A stretch of DNA of 64,000 nt, from contig JARLIE010000040.1 in assembly GCA_031291875.1 (NCBI GenBank), positions 3,011-67,010 of the forward strand. Direction: 5' to 3'. The translations under genes were made by a program, and so were the position numbers. Below the pieces are notes generated by a model. That model was given only the letters and a program-made list of their open reading frames with translations, was not told the DNA's origin and ran no database searches. The DNA comes from Minisyncoccota bacterium. Lineage in GTDB: Bacteria > Patescibacteriota > Minisyncoccia > Phycocordibacterales > UBA2100. Positions 55,781 through 64,000 of the stretch are shown here, piece after piece; the first letter of the stretch is position 1; every line of letters begins with the position of its first letter.

Positions 55781-56410
55781 ATGTTGTACGCGTTTCTCGG
55801 TACCGATCGAAAGAAGTCGCGCGACGCGATGGGTGCGAAGATCGCGCAGCTAAAAGGATACGCGCGCGTTCACATTACGGATGCACACACCATAGCTGAT
55901 CTCGCCGCAGCCCTGGGAGGAGGCGGTATGTTTGCGCAGCGGCGTGCAATCGTTTTGGATGGGATCTTTTCCAACGATGAGCTTAAAGAGCGAACGGTCG
56001 CAAGTCTCGATTCGATGAAAGCCTCTGAGGACGTTTTCTTTATCTTTGAAGAAAAACTCGACGCAGCCACAAAGCGCGCAGTGACAAAATATGCGGAAGC
56101 GGTAGAAGTGTTCGATGCTCCGAAAAAGGCTCAAGATAACGCTATTTTCAAACTTCGCTTCGCGCTGGAGAAGGGGGACAAAAAGACGCTTTGGGTAGGC
56201 CTTATGCATGAATACGCGGGTGGCAAAGCGCCGGAGGCGGTACATGGATTTCTCTTTTGGGCGGCAAAACAGATGGTTATGAATCCGCGCGGCGATAGTG
56301 CACGCGCGCGAAAGTTACTTGCGCGGCTTGCTGAACTCCCGCATGAGTCGCGTCGCAAAGGTTTCGACCTCGAATATTCACTTGAGCAATTTGTGCTTTC
56401 GGAGGTGTGA
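55781..56410 (+). CDS. Hypothetical protein, possibly a short DNA polymerase III delta (HolA)-like subunit
   Basis: 209 aa immediately after polA. Weak resemblance to the delta subunit N- and C-termini. Confidence 0.35.
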   Translation: MLYAFLGTDRKKSRDAMGAKIAQLKGYARVHITDAHTIADLAAALGGGGMFAQRRAIVLDGIFSNDELKERTVASLDSMKASEDVFFIFEEKLDAATKRAVTKYAEAVEVFDAPKKAQDNAIFKLRFALEKGDKKTLWVGLMHEYAGGKAPEAVHGFLFWAAKQMVMNPRGDSARARKLLARLAELPHESRRKGFDLEYSLEQFVLSEV

Positions 56411-56423
56411 TACTATTTTCAGT

Positions 56424-58031
56424 ATGACAAGAGTTCGCGCATTGATCGCGACATCCAGCATCGGAGTATTGTTCTTTGCGGCACCTTTCATGGCAAGTGC
56501 CGATGTTTCGAATGTGGGAGCTGGCGCTGACGCAATGTGTAACGCGACGTGTGCCCAGCTTGCCCAGCTCGCCGCACAACAACACAATCCGCAACTAAAC
56601 TGCACACCAGCGGGAGCGACCGTAGTGCCTTGTGGCGCGACACCTCCGGGCGGCAGTGTACAAGGTCAATGCATGCTCGGCTTAGGTTGTAAATCGAATT
56701 CTGCGAGCGGTCTCAGTGGAGGCAATGCGCAAACAGGCGGCTTGAGTCAACTCATGGGTCAAATCGGTCAGCTCATCGGTCAACTTGCGAAAGGCGGTGG
56801 CGGCGGGGGTGGAAGCGGCTCGGGTTCGGGCACTGGCTCGACAGGTACCACCTGCACTTCGTATACGCCGACTTCCGATCCTACACAGGTTGGGATCAAT
56901 CCTTGTGTGTACTACGTGCCCTCATCGTCGAGTCTTCTCAACACCACCGGTGTCAACTCTTCATCGAATACAAGCGCGCAAGATCTTTTGAATGCCTTGA
57001 ACGGATCAAGCAGTAGTTCTAGTTCGTCCAACGTCAGCGCCTCGCTCTCGGCGTCTCCGACATCCGGTTCAGCACCGCTTTCAGTCGTGTTTACAACCAA
57101 CTCCGTCAGCAGCTCCCACTCATACACCGTAGACCCGGGAGATGGTAGCGGCGCGCAAGCACTTTCTTCGAACGGCTGCTCTAGCAGCACCGCTTCAACT
57201 TGCGTATACGGTATTCAATACACCTACTCGACTGCAGGCACCTATACTGCAGCGCTTTCCGATGAACTCGGCGATTCTCTGGGCAGCGTGACTGTTTCTG
57301 TTACCAACCCAGGCGGATCATCCAGTTCCGGTGCCACAAGTCTTTCGGATGTTTTCAATAGTGTCGGCGGTTTGTTTGCAAGCAGCTCATCTCAGACGCA
57401 AAGCGGACAAAGCTCCCCGAATTTTCCCGGTGTCTTGGGTAATATCTTGCTTAGTCAAAACGGCGCGACCATTTTTGCGCAAACGGTTAACTCGGCAAAC
57501 AACAGCGAGACCTCAGGCTTTTATGGATCGGACACAATCAACAATCAGTCACAAGGTGTCGTCGGTCAAATGTGTCAAGGTCGCCCGTGGGCGAGCAACT
57601 TCCTCGCCAATATAATTCCGCCGACATTCTTCGACGGTCTTTGTGAGTGGGGAGGCTATCAGGTCGGACAAACACAACAGCAACAAACACAGCCGCAGGT
57701 CACGCTGACGCAGCACGCCAACACGAAGCCGACGACTCAAAAACAAGCTACAACTACGGCCGCAACATCCACCCCAAGCGTTCCGCCGCAAGCGGTGATT
57801 TGGGCGGTTCCGGCTTCGGTGCCACTCGGCACACGCACCTCCGTCTTCTGGAACACGCAGGGTGTTACTCAATGCACGGAGAGTTCGCCGGACGGCAGCT
57901 TCAGTGGCACTTCTCTCTCGGGCGCAGCGGCCACCGTCCCAATCACCTCAGCGACTACCTATACGATCTCGTGTCTCGACTCCGCCGGTAATCCGATCAC
58001 GGATTACGTCACTGTTTCGATTTCGAATTAA
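56424..58031 (+). CDS. Secreted Ser/Gly/Thr-rich hypothetical protein
   Basis: Signal peptide (MTRVRALIATSSIGVLFFAAPFMASA), Cys-containing N-terminal segment, long low-complexity S/G/T tracts. The C-terminal roughly 90 aa is beta-rich. Confidence 0.6.
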   Translation: MTRVRALIATSSIGVLFFAAPFMASADVSNVGAGADAMCNATCAQLAQLAAQQHNPQLNCTPAGATVVPCGATPPGGSVQGQCMLGLGCKSNSASGLSGGNAQTGGLSQLMGQIGQLIGQLAKGGGGGGGSGSGSGTGSTGTTCTSYTPTSDPTQVGINPCVYYVPSSSSLLNTTGVNSSSNTSAQDLLNALNGSSSSSSSSNVSASLSASPTSGSAPLSVVFTTNSVSSSHSYTVDPGDGSGAQALSSNGCSSSTASTCVYGIQYTYSTAGTYTAALSDELGDSLGSVTVSVTNPGGSSSSGATSLSDVFNSVGGLFASSSSQTQSGQSSPNFPGVLGNILLSQNGATIFAQTVNSANNSETSGFYGSDTINNQSQGVVGQMCQGRPWASNFLANIIPPTFFDGLCEWGGYQVGQTQQQQTQPQVTLTQHANTKPTTQKQATTTAATSTPSVPPQAVIWAVPASVPLGTRTSVFWNTQGVTQCTESSPDGSFSGTSLSGAAATVPITSATTYTISCLDSAGNPITDYVTVSISN

Positions 58032-58489
58032 GCACTAAAAAGAATGATGCCCGCGCTCACGGAGACGTTGAGCGACTCCTTCTTGCCGTTCATAGGAATC
58101 TCGACTATTTCGTCGCAGTGCGCGCGCAAGGCGGGGGACATGCCTCGTACTTCGTTGCCAAAAATATACAAAACCGGCTTGTTTTTCGGCTTGAAGGTAC
58201 GGTAGTCGATCGATCGGGTGTCTTGTTCGACGCCGACAATGTGCCATCCTTGTTCGCGTAGCTTCTGGATTACCTGGTACGGATTCTTTTCATATTCCCA
58301 GGGAACAAACTTTTCCGCGCCGAGCGCAACCTTCGAGAGATCTTTGCGCGCAACGCCATGCTGATCGATCGGGGTGGGCGAGTAGCCGCTCAAGAACACC
58401 TTCGATACGCCCGCGCCGTCCGAGGTCCTAAAGATTGAGCCGACATTGTGGACGCTTCGGATGTTGTGAAGCAGTACTGCTTTTTGCAT
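58028..58489 (-). CDS. SpoU/TrmH family RNA 2'-O-methyltransferase
   Basis: LHNIRSVHNVGSIFRTSDGAGV...IFGNEVRGMS...EIPMNG...LNVSVSAGIILF are SPOUT motifs. Confidence 0.8.
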   Translation of the reverse strand: MQKAVLLHNIRSVHNVGSIFRTSDGAGVSKVFLSGYSPTPIDQHGVARKDLSKVALGAEKFVPWEYEKNPYQVIQKLREQGWHIVGVEQDTRSIDYRTFKPKNKPVLYIFGNEVRGMSPALRAHCDEIVEIPMNGKKESLNVSVSAGIILFSA

Positions 58490-58523
58490 GCCGGCACAGT
58501 ACCATACGGTGTATACTTCACGC

Positions 58524-58931
58524 ATGTTCACCCTTTCGCTGTTTCCCGGACTCTTGTACCTTGCGCCGCTTGCGACAACCCTGGTGCGGGTTGCGGCCGG
58601 CTGCACGCTCCTCTATATGGCCTATCGATATATGGTCGAGCGAGACGACCTGGAGCGAGCGAAATTCTGGCCCGTGGGGCATATTCCCGAATGGCTGACG
58701 ATCCTAGGTTCGGCAATACTTTTCATCTCCGGTCTCATGCTCGTGATTGGTCTCTACACACAAGGTGTCGCTATCGTTGGCATGCTTATCGCCCTCAAAC
58801 ACGTGATCTTTGCGCGACGATATCCCAAATACATGGCTATTTCCGGCACAGCTGCAGCGCTCCTCTTCGTCATTTGCTTCTCGCTCCTGCTTTCGGGTGC
58901 AGGCGCATGGGGAGTCGACCTCCCGCTCTAA
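58524..58931 (+). CDS. DoxX-like membrane protein (second paralog)
   Basis: 4 TM helices with DoxX-like topology. Divergent from the trmH-like gene. Confidence 0.5.
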   Translation: MFTLSLFPGLLYLAPLATTLVRVAAGCTLLYMAYRYMVERDDLERAKFWPVGHIPEWLTILGSAILFISGLMLVIGLYTQGVAIVGMLIALKHVIFARRYPKYMAISGTAAALLFVICFSLLLSGAGAWGVDLPL

Positions 58932-58993
58932 GGTTTGAACTAGGATTGAGGGATTGGAAAAAAAGAGCAATTTAGTGCTATATTTTCCTGCAA

Positions 58994-59066
58994 CCGCCCG
59001 TAGCTCAGTCGGTAGAGCAGCTCCCTTTTAAGGAGACGGTCGCAGGTTCGATTCCTGCCGGGCGGA
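58994..59066 (+). tRNA. tRNA-Lys (anticodon UUU)
   Basis: Acceptor CCGCCCG/CGGGCGG, D-arm GCTCAGTCGGTAGAGC, anticodon loop CTTTTAA, T-arm GCAGG-TTCGATT-CCTGC. Confidence 0.85.
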
Positions 59067-59074
59067 CATGATTG

Positions 59075-59101
59075 AAAAACAGGGCTTGTGCGCTGTTTTT
59101 C
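59075..59101 (+). terminator. Rho-independent terminator after tRNA-Lys
   Basis: aaaaacag ggcttgtgcg ctgttttt. Confidence 0.7.
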
Positions 59102-59355
59102 ATTACATGGCCGGGCCGCAGCGATGTCGCATCAGCAGATGCGACCGCGAGTCGGGGTCGCGGAATTTTGTTCGCGACGGCGAGCAAAATATCCGTGACG
59201 AACATCGAGGATGGATAGTTCCGTATAGCTAAAATATAGACAAAAAGGAAGCCTCGTACCGTCAGGGCGGTACGAGGCAAGGATCATCAAAATGGCACTT
59301 CTTTACGCAAAGCTTGCTATACTAAACCTACTTTTACAGGATTTGTTTTTTCACC

Positions 59356-60075
59356 ATGCAGAAATTAAACCCCAATCTATATACTCCAGTTGCGATCGTT
59401 GTGGCCGGTATCATCGTGGCGGGCGCGATTTTGGTTATCGGCCATCAGGGCGGCACCACGACAGCGACTACTGCGACTACACAGCAACCCTCGACCACGG
59501 CGAACATTAATTCGAACTCGGTCAAAAGTAACGGAGATCCGGTCGTCGGCAGCGCTAATGCTCCGCTCACGATCGTCTATTGGTTCGACTACCAGTGCCC
59601 GTTCTGCAAACAGAATGAACAAACGGTCATGCCGCAGCTTCTTAAGGATTACGTCGATACGGGCAAGGTAAAAATCATCTACAAGGACTTCTCGTTCCTC
59701 GGCACCGATTCGGACACGCTTGGCCATTACGGACGCGCCGTCTGGGCCGTTGCACCGGATAAGTTTGAGGCATGGCACGAAGCTGTCTACACCAATCAAG
59801 GGGAAGAAAACACCGGTTGGGCAACCCCTGCGGAGATCCAAAAGATAACCGCGAGCGTGCTTACTGCCGCCCAAACGGCACAAGTCGTTCAGCTTGCGAC
59901 GACGAATGCGAAGCAGTATCAAAGCGTGATGGATGCTGACAAACAGGAAGGCATGCAAGATGGCGTACAAGGAACGCCTGCGTTCCTAATCGGCAACCAA
60001 TGGATTGCTGGTGCTGAAAGTTACGCGCAAGTAAAGCAAACCATCGATCAGCAGCTTGCTGCCACCAGTAAATAA
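59356..60075 (+). CDS. DsbA-like thioredoxin-fold thiol:disulfide oxidoreductase, membrane-anchored
   Basis: N-terminal TM, Thr-rich linker, CPFC active site within PLTIVYWFDYQCPFCKQ. Confidence 0.8.
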   Translation: MQKLNPNLYTPVAIVVAGIIVAGAILVIGHQGGTTTATTATTQQPSTTANINSNSVKSNGDPVVGSANAPLTIVYWFDYQCPFCKQNEQTVMPQLLKDYVDTGKVKIIYKDFSFLGTDSDTLGHYGRAVWAVAPDKFEAWHEAVYTNQGEENTGWATPAEIQKITASVLTAAQTAQVVQLATTNAKQYQSVMDADKQEGMQDGVQGTPAFLIGNQWIAGAESYAQVKQTIDQQLAATSK

Positions 60076-60087
60076 AAGAGGGAACAG

Positions 60088-60120
60088 AAAATCGCCCGCT
60101 ACCAAGCGGGCGATTTCTTT
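60088..60120. terminator. Bidirectional rho-independent terminator
   Basis: aaatcgcccgct acca agcgggcgattt plus a T-run. Confidence 0.75.
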
Positions 60121-61041
60121 TTAATAGGACGTGACTGCAACGACTTCTCCCTGCGAATCCAGCAAGCGAATCGTATCGTGGCTGTTGTTCCAAAGCTCTT
60201 TGGAGCCGTCGAGGTATACGCGCCAATTGTTCGAGGCGAAAGTATTGTCGTTTTGGTGGGTCGCCACGCAGCCGTTGTAGGAGAGTGTGTTTTGGATAAA
60301 CGCCTGGCACTGTGTCGAGAGATTGCTCGGCAGGCTTTGGGGGAATGTGCAAAACGGGATAGAAGAAACAAAACTCGCACATGATTGCCCGTATTGCGCC
60401 GCCTGCGAGGCCGCATCGCTTGGCGAAGGGCACTGTGTTTGGATCGGCGGCGTGTACTGTTGCAGCTGCTCGAGATAGCCACTGCAGCTGTTTTCGCGGA
60501 AGGAGGTTCCGACCGGTGAGCGGCCGGTCGTAACGATGGCAACACCGCCTGGCGCGAGCTGGAGCGCCGTTTGGGAGTTAAGTTCTCCCAAGCGGAAAAA
60601 GCTTGCAGCTAGGGGGATATAAGCACGAGCGCTCGTTAGCGCGCTTTGTAAAGACCATCCGCTGATATCGATCGTGGATTGTCCGATGTTTTGCACAGCG
60701 AGATATTCTTGCTGGGGATCGGAAGCAGTTGCGCCTTCGGCGGAAATAGCGATGTCGTTCACATACGGGGAAGCGTTGCCGAATGTCTGAGATTGGGAGT
60801 TCTGCGAAGAGCCGTCCGAGGTGCCAGTGAGGTTTGAAATATCCGCACCCTGCGGTATCGGTATTGCCCAGGGCAGCTGCACTGCACCGCCGCCATAGAG
60901 ATCGGAGGCGAGCGATCCTAGGGGGCTTGAGAACGAACCTGTTGCCGCCTTTATCTTTTCGATGCCGCCGCTTACAAACCAAATGAGTGCCAAGACGACG
61001 ATCAGTGTCCAGAAGAGATACCACAGCACGGTGCGAACCAT
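60121..61041 (-). CDS. Membrane-anchored protein with lamin-tail-domain (LTD)-like C-terminus
   Basis: N-terminal TM (VLWYLFWTLIVVLALIWFV). C-terminal ...WNNSHDTIRLLDSQGEVVAVTSY matches the characteristic LTD ending. Confidence 0.55.
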   Translation of the reverse strand: MVRTVLWYLFWTLIVVLALIWFVSGGIEKIKAATGSFSSPLGSLASDLYGGGAVQLPWAIPIPQGADISNLTGTSDGSSQNSQSQTFGNASPYVNDIAISAEGATASDPQQEYLAVQNIGQSTIDISGWSLQSALTSARAYIPLAASFFRLGELNSQTALQLAPGGVAIVTTGRSPVGTSFRENSCSGYLEQLQQYTPPIQTQCPSPSDAASQAAQYGQSCASFVSSIPFCTFPQSLPSNLSTQCQAFIQNTLSYNGCVATHQNDNTFASNNWRVYLDGSKELWNNSHDTIRLLDSQGEVVAVTSY

Positions 61042-61048
61042 AGCTAAA

Positions 61049-62299
61049 TTATACCTGCTTACTGGATAGTATTCGCGTTATTTCCTCACGCGCGACCTGG
61101 GCGTCACTCCAGGGGATTTTTTTTCCATTCGCGATGCAGATGCACGGATCGGTACCTTTGCCAGTTATGAGAACGGCATCGCCCGATTTCGCGAGCTCAA
61201 TTGCTCTGCCGATTGCGGCACGTCGGTCCATGATGACGGTCGGACTGCGCTTCATCCCTTTTTCCATTTGCTGCACGATTTCGAGTGGGTCTTCGTCGTA
61301 CGGGTCTTCGTCCGTAAGAATTATTTCTTCGCATTGTTCGTCCGCAATAGCTGCCATGACCGGGCGCTTCCATTTATCGCGACCGCCCCCTGTCGATCCA
61401 AGTACGCAAATTTTCCTTCGGGCCGCAAAAGCGTCATACAACGCCTTGAGCGAATCCGGCGTATGGGCGTAGTCGACGATGACGGTGAAATCTTGTCCGG
61501 CTTCGACCCGCTGCGCTCGGCCGGGGATCGAACCGAGCTTCGAAAGCGCTCTTGCGATAACGAAGGCAGGAACGCCGAAGGCACGGGTGACGGTCGCTGC
61601 GGCAAGCGCGTTTTTGAGAGAAAATTCGCCGGGCAAATCGATCGCTATCTTTTCATTCTCAAAGGTAAAGTATCCGCCGGTGTCGCTGAATTCGTAAGGC
61701 TGTTGCGCCGAAAGTGTATAGGGTAGAGACGCTTCCACTTGAAGCGTAAGGTAGCGCCCCGAAGCCGAGTCGTCCGCATTGGCGACGATAACTCGAGGGC
61801 GCTTTTTTGAGCGCTGGAGTTGCTTGCCGATCTCGAATTTTGCGTTCGAATAAGCCTCGAATGATCCATGTGATTCGATGTGTTCAGGGGCGAGGTTGGT
61901 AAAGACGAGTGCATTGAGATCGATCGCGCGATGACGATATTGCTTGGCCCCTTCGGAGGTCATTTCGAGGACGGCCGTCGTGCACCCCGCTCGTACCGCG
62001 TCGGCCAAAAAACTTTGAATGAAAAATCGACCCGGCATCGACATGCGAAGTAGGTTCGGTTCGGAATTGGTATCTAGCTTGAAGCGAATGGAATTGAGCA
62101 GGGCGGTTTTTTCGCCATTTTCTTCGAGAATGGTGTTAATCATTTCCGTCGTCGAGGACTTTCCTTTGGTTCCCGTCACCGCGATCACGCGCAGTTTGCG
62201 AGAAGGGAAGCCGTACAAAAAAGCGCCCACATAGGCGAGCGTTAGGTGGTACGCCTGCAAAACTTGCGGCGGAATTATTTGCTTGAGAGTGTTTTTCAT
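61049..62299 (-). CDS. murE: Mur ligase family protein, MurE-like
   Basis: IAVTGTKGKSST P-loop, NADD motif and C-terminal ILTDEDPYDEDP...LITGKG, which is the MurE-type pattern. The N-terminal domain is reduced. Confidence 0.6.
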   Translation of the reverse strand: MKNTLKQIIPPQVLQAYHLTLAYVGAFLYGFPSRKLRVIAVTGTKGKSSTTEMINTILEENGEKTALLNSIRFKLDTNSEPNLLRMSMPGRFFIQSFLADAVRAGCTTAVLEMTSEGAKQYRHRAIDLNALVFTNLAPEHIESHGSFEAYSNAKFEIGKQLQRSKKRPRVIVANADDSASGRYLTLQVEASLPYTLSAQQPYEFSDTGGYFTFENEKIAIDLPGEFSLKNALAAATVTRAFGVPAFVIARALSKLGSIPGRAQRVEAGQDFTVIVDYAHTPDSLKALYDAFAARRKICVLGSTGGGRDKWKRPVMAAIADEQCEEIILTDEDPYDEDPLEIVQQMEKGMKRSPTVIMDRRAAIGRAIELAKSGDAVLITGKGTDPCICIANGKKIPWSDAQVAREEITRILSSKQV

Positions 62300-62868
62300 G
62301 ACCTGCCTATGGATTTAAGCGCTTCTCGCAAACGCTCGTTAGGATTTTTGATTTCCATGGGCACCTTACGAAGCGCATCACGGGCTTCTTGGAGCGAATA
62401 GCCGAGCGCCCGCATTGCCTCAAGAGTCTCTTCGTCGCCTGAGATCGCCGCGGAAGTCTCGCTCTGTGCAACGCCGACTTTGTCGCGCAGTTCGAGAATG
62501 ATTTTTTCCGCCGTCTTTTTGCCTATGCCCGAGACATTTGTTAGGTAGCCGGAATTACCCGCTGCGATCGCGGATCGCAGTGTCTCGACTGAGGCGATAT
62601 CAAGAATGGCCAGTGCGGACTTTGGACCGATACCGGAAACCATAAGCAAGAGACCGAAAAAATGCAGCTCTTCTTCCGTCGAAAAACCATATAAATCGAG
62701 CACATCTTCGCGTACGGCAAGGTGTGTCCAGAGCGCGGCTGTCTCATTGAGGCGTAGCCTGGCCAAAGACTCTTTGGTTGCTGCAATTTTGTACCCGACG
62801 CCCCCGCAGGAGAGGATTACTGATCCAATGGAGATCTTACGGACGGTACCTTCTAGATGACCGATCAT
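62296..62868 (-). CDS. ruvA: Holliday junction DNA helicase RuvA
   Basis: MIGHLEGTV...YGF...GIGPKSALAIL... helix-hairpin-helix motifs. ATGA overlap with murE. Confidence 0.9.
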   Translation of the reverse strand: MIGHLEGTVRKISIGSVILSCGGVGYKIAATKESLARLRLNETAALWTHLAVREDVLDLYGFSTEEELHFFGLLLMVSGIGPKSALAILDIASVETLRSAIAAGNSGYLTNVSGIGKKTAEKIILELRDKVGVAQSETSAAISGDEETLEAMRALGYSLQEARDALRKVPMEIKNPNERLREALKSIGRS

Positions 62869-62944
62869 AGCAACAGCTTACAGTAGTAAAACCAAAGGGG
62901 AACCCTTGATATTTTGCGGATAACGTGTACTATCCTCGCCACGT

Positions 62945-63202
62945 ATGGCAAACACAAGTTCAGCCAAAAAAGCAGCCCGCGCGTCGCTTCGCCGACGCGT
63001 CTACAACGAGCGCCGCAAGCGCGCGATGAAGACGGGTGTTAAGGAGTTCCGCAAAATCGCTACGAGCAAGAGCGCGGACGCGACAGCCAAGCTCCCGGAG
63101 GTCTTTCAGGCGATCGACAAGGCCCTCAAGCGCGGCGTCATCAAGAAGAACACAGCCGCTCGCATGAAGTCGAAGCTCTCCAAGATGCTCGCGACCAAAT
63201 AG
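62945..63202 (+). CDS. rpsT: 30S ribosomal protein S20
   Basis: MANTSSAKKAARASLRRRVYNERRK... matches the S20 signature. Confidence 0.9.
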   Translation: MANTSSAKKAARASLRRRVYNERRKRAMKTGVKEFRKIATSKSADATAKLPEVFQAIDKALKRGVIKKNTAARMKSKLSKMLATK

Positions 63203-63258
63203 TCGCTCCGTTTTTCTCTTCATCCCAACTCCACCATAATCGGAGGTATAATCGCTGT

Positions 63259-63687
63259 ATGCGAATGTTACCTGTCGTTTCCGCGACCCTTGTTGCGACC
63301 CTTCTTTTACCTATTAGCGCCTTTGCTATGACAATCGTCGGTAGCGGGGCAGGTGGTTGTTTTGTTTGCGTTTCTCCTAGCTATACTGTTGCGCCGTACA
63401 ACTACATCGGAGGCTCTTCATATAGCTACACGCCCTCGTACCAGTATTCGTACCCGTCATACCAATACTCATACCCATCCTATAGCTATACCTACCCGAG
63501 CTCCTACGGATATTCATCGTCCTATTACTACCCATCGAGTTATTACTCGTACTCCTATCCCTACACGTACTCCTCCTACGGTGGCTATGGATACAGCTCG
63601 TACGGATATGATAGTTCGTATGGTTACGACACCGGCTACTCGTATCCGGACTATTCTTACGGGAATGATTGCGGGTGTGGGTACTAG
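63259..63687 (+). CDS. Secreted Tyr/Ser-rich low-complexity protein
   Basis: Signal peptide (MRMLPVVSATLVATLLLPISAFA), then about 100 aa of YSYPSYQYSYPSYSYTYPSSYGY repeats ending in CGCGY. Confidence 0.55.
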   Translation: MRMLPVVSATLVATLLLPISAFAMTIVGSGAGGCFVCVSPSYTVAPYNYIGGSSYSYTPSYQYSYPSYQYSYPSYSYTYPSSYGYSSSYYYPSSYYSYSYPYTYSSYGGYGYSSYGYDSSYGYDTGYSYPDYSYGNDCGCGY

Positions 63688-63839
63688 GGAATTGTTACCA
63701 CTTTTGGTCACAGATAATTCTCATTCCGACGAATGAGAATTTCCGCGACCCCGCCTCGCTGGTTTCGTTTGCTAACGAAACATCGCTCCGGCCAGCACAA
63801 GTGTATGAACAAGCAAAGCAGTTTGCTTGTTCATCCTTG

Positions 63840-63911
63840 TGCTCCCGCCAGGAATCGAACCTGGATTACAAACTCCGCAAGCTTGCGTTCTATCCATTAA
63901 ACTACGGGAGC
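63840..63911 (-). tRNA. tRNA, Arg-like (anticodon reads GCG in my fold)
   Basis: Acceptor GCTCCCG/CGGGAGC, near-identical to the Arg-UCG tRNA at 9219. Anticodon stem CAAGC/GTTTG with loop TTGCGGA, T-arm CCAGG-TTCGATT-CCTGG. Anticodon assignment is uncertain. Confidence 0.6.
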
Positions 63912-64000
63912 GCACTAACCACGAAAATGTAGCACAATTCGCTGGCTTTTCCACATTTGGCTTTTTATAGTCCGTTTCTTTTGAAAAGGGGAAGTATCAT

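Noticed and set aside
59005-59280. 91-aa minus-strand ORF
   Set aside because: Overlaps the tRNA-Lys gene and its terminator. It is spurious.

Overview
This 64 kb window looks like the chromosomal replication-origin region of a small-genome bacterium. It contains many signal-peptide hypothetical proteins and few strong Shine-Dalgarno sites, which would fit a CPR/Patescibacteria-like organism; that is an inference. The origin shows the classic layout: jag-yidC-rnpA-rpmH on the minus strand, then dnaA-dnaN on the plus strand, with perfect TTATCCACA DnaA boxes in both dnaA-flanking spacers. Recognisable housekeeping genes include rny, hup, guaB, rarA, rpsO-pnp, comM, uvrD/pcrA, rsmA, a class A PBP, ruvC/yebC/ruvB/ruvA, tsaE, polA, murE, rpsT, cca, xth and a Xer recombinase. 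I fold six tRNA genes by hand: Gly-UCC, Pro-UGG, Gly-GCC, Arg-UCG, Lys-UUU and one Arg-like tRNA whose anticodon reads GCG. The most interesting feature is a co-oriented block of 13 overlapping genes at about 27.7 to 40.4 kb, directly beside the origin. It encodes a VirB4/TraC-type ATPase, a PrgI/VirB3-like small membrane protein, a polytopic VirB6/TrbL-like protein with a long charged C-terminal tail, two small pilin-like membrane proteins and several large Gln/Asn/Ala/Thr-rich secreted proteins. I see no coupling protein, relaxase or integrase in the window, so this looks like a type IV secretion-like apparatus of uncertain function rather than an obvious conjugative element. The VirB4 homolog is split by a single in-frame TAA. 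Other notable items are an isolated PilB/GspE ATPase, an orphan sensor kinase next to a 735-aa Ser/Thr/Pro-rich secreted protein, a Tyr/Ser-repeat secreted protein, and a lamin-tail-domain-like membrane protein. There is also a recurrent TAAAGGAC/GTCCTTTA palindromic motif family, and two cases of an extended -10 (TGCTATAGT or TGCTATACT) lying exactly 6 nt upstream of a GTG start. I found no CRISPR array, IS element or prophage.
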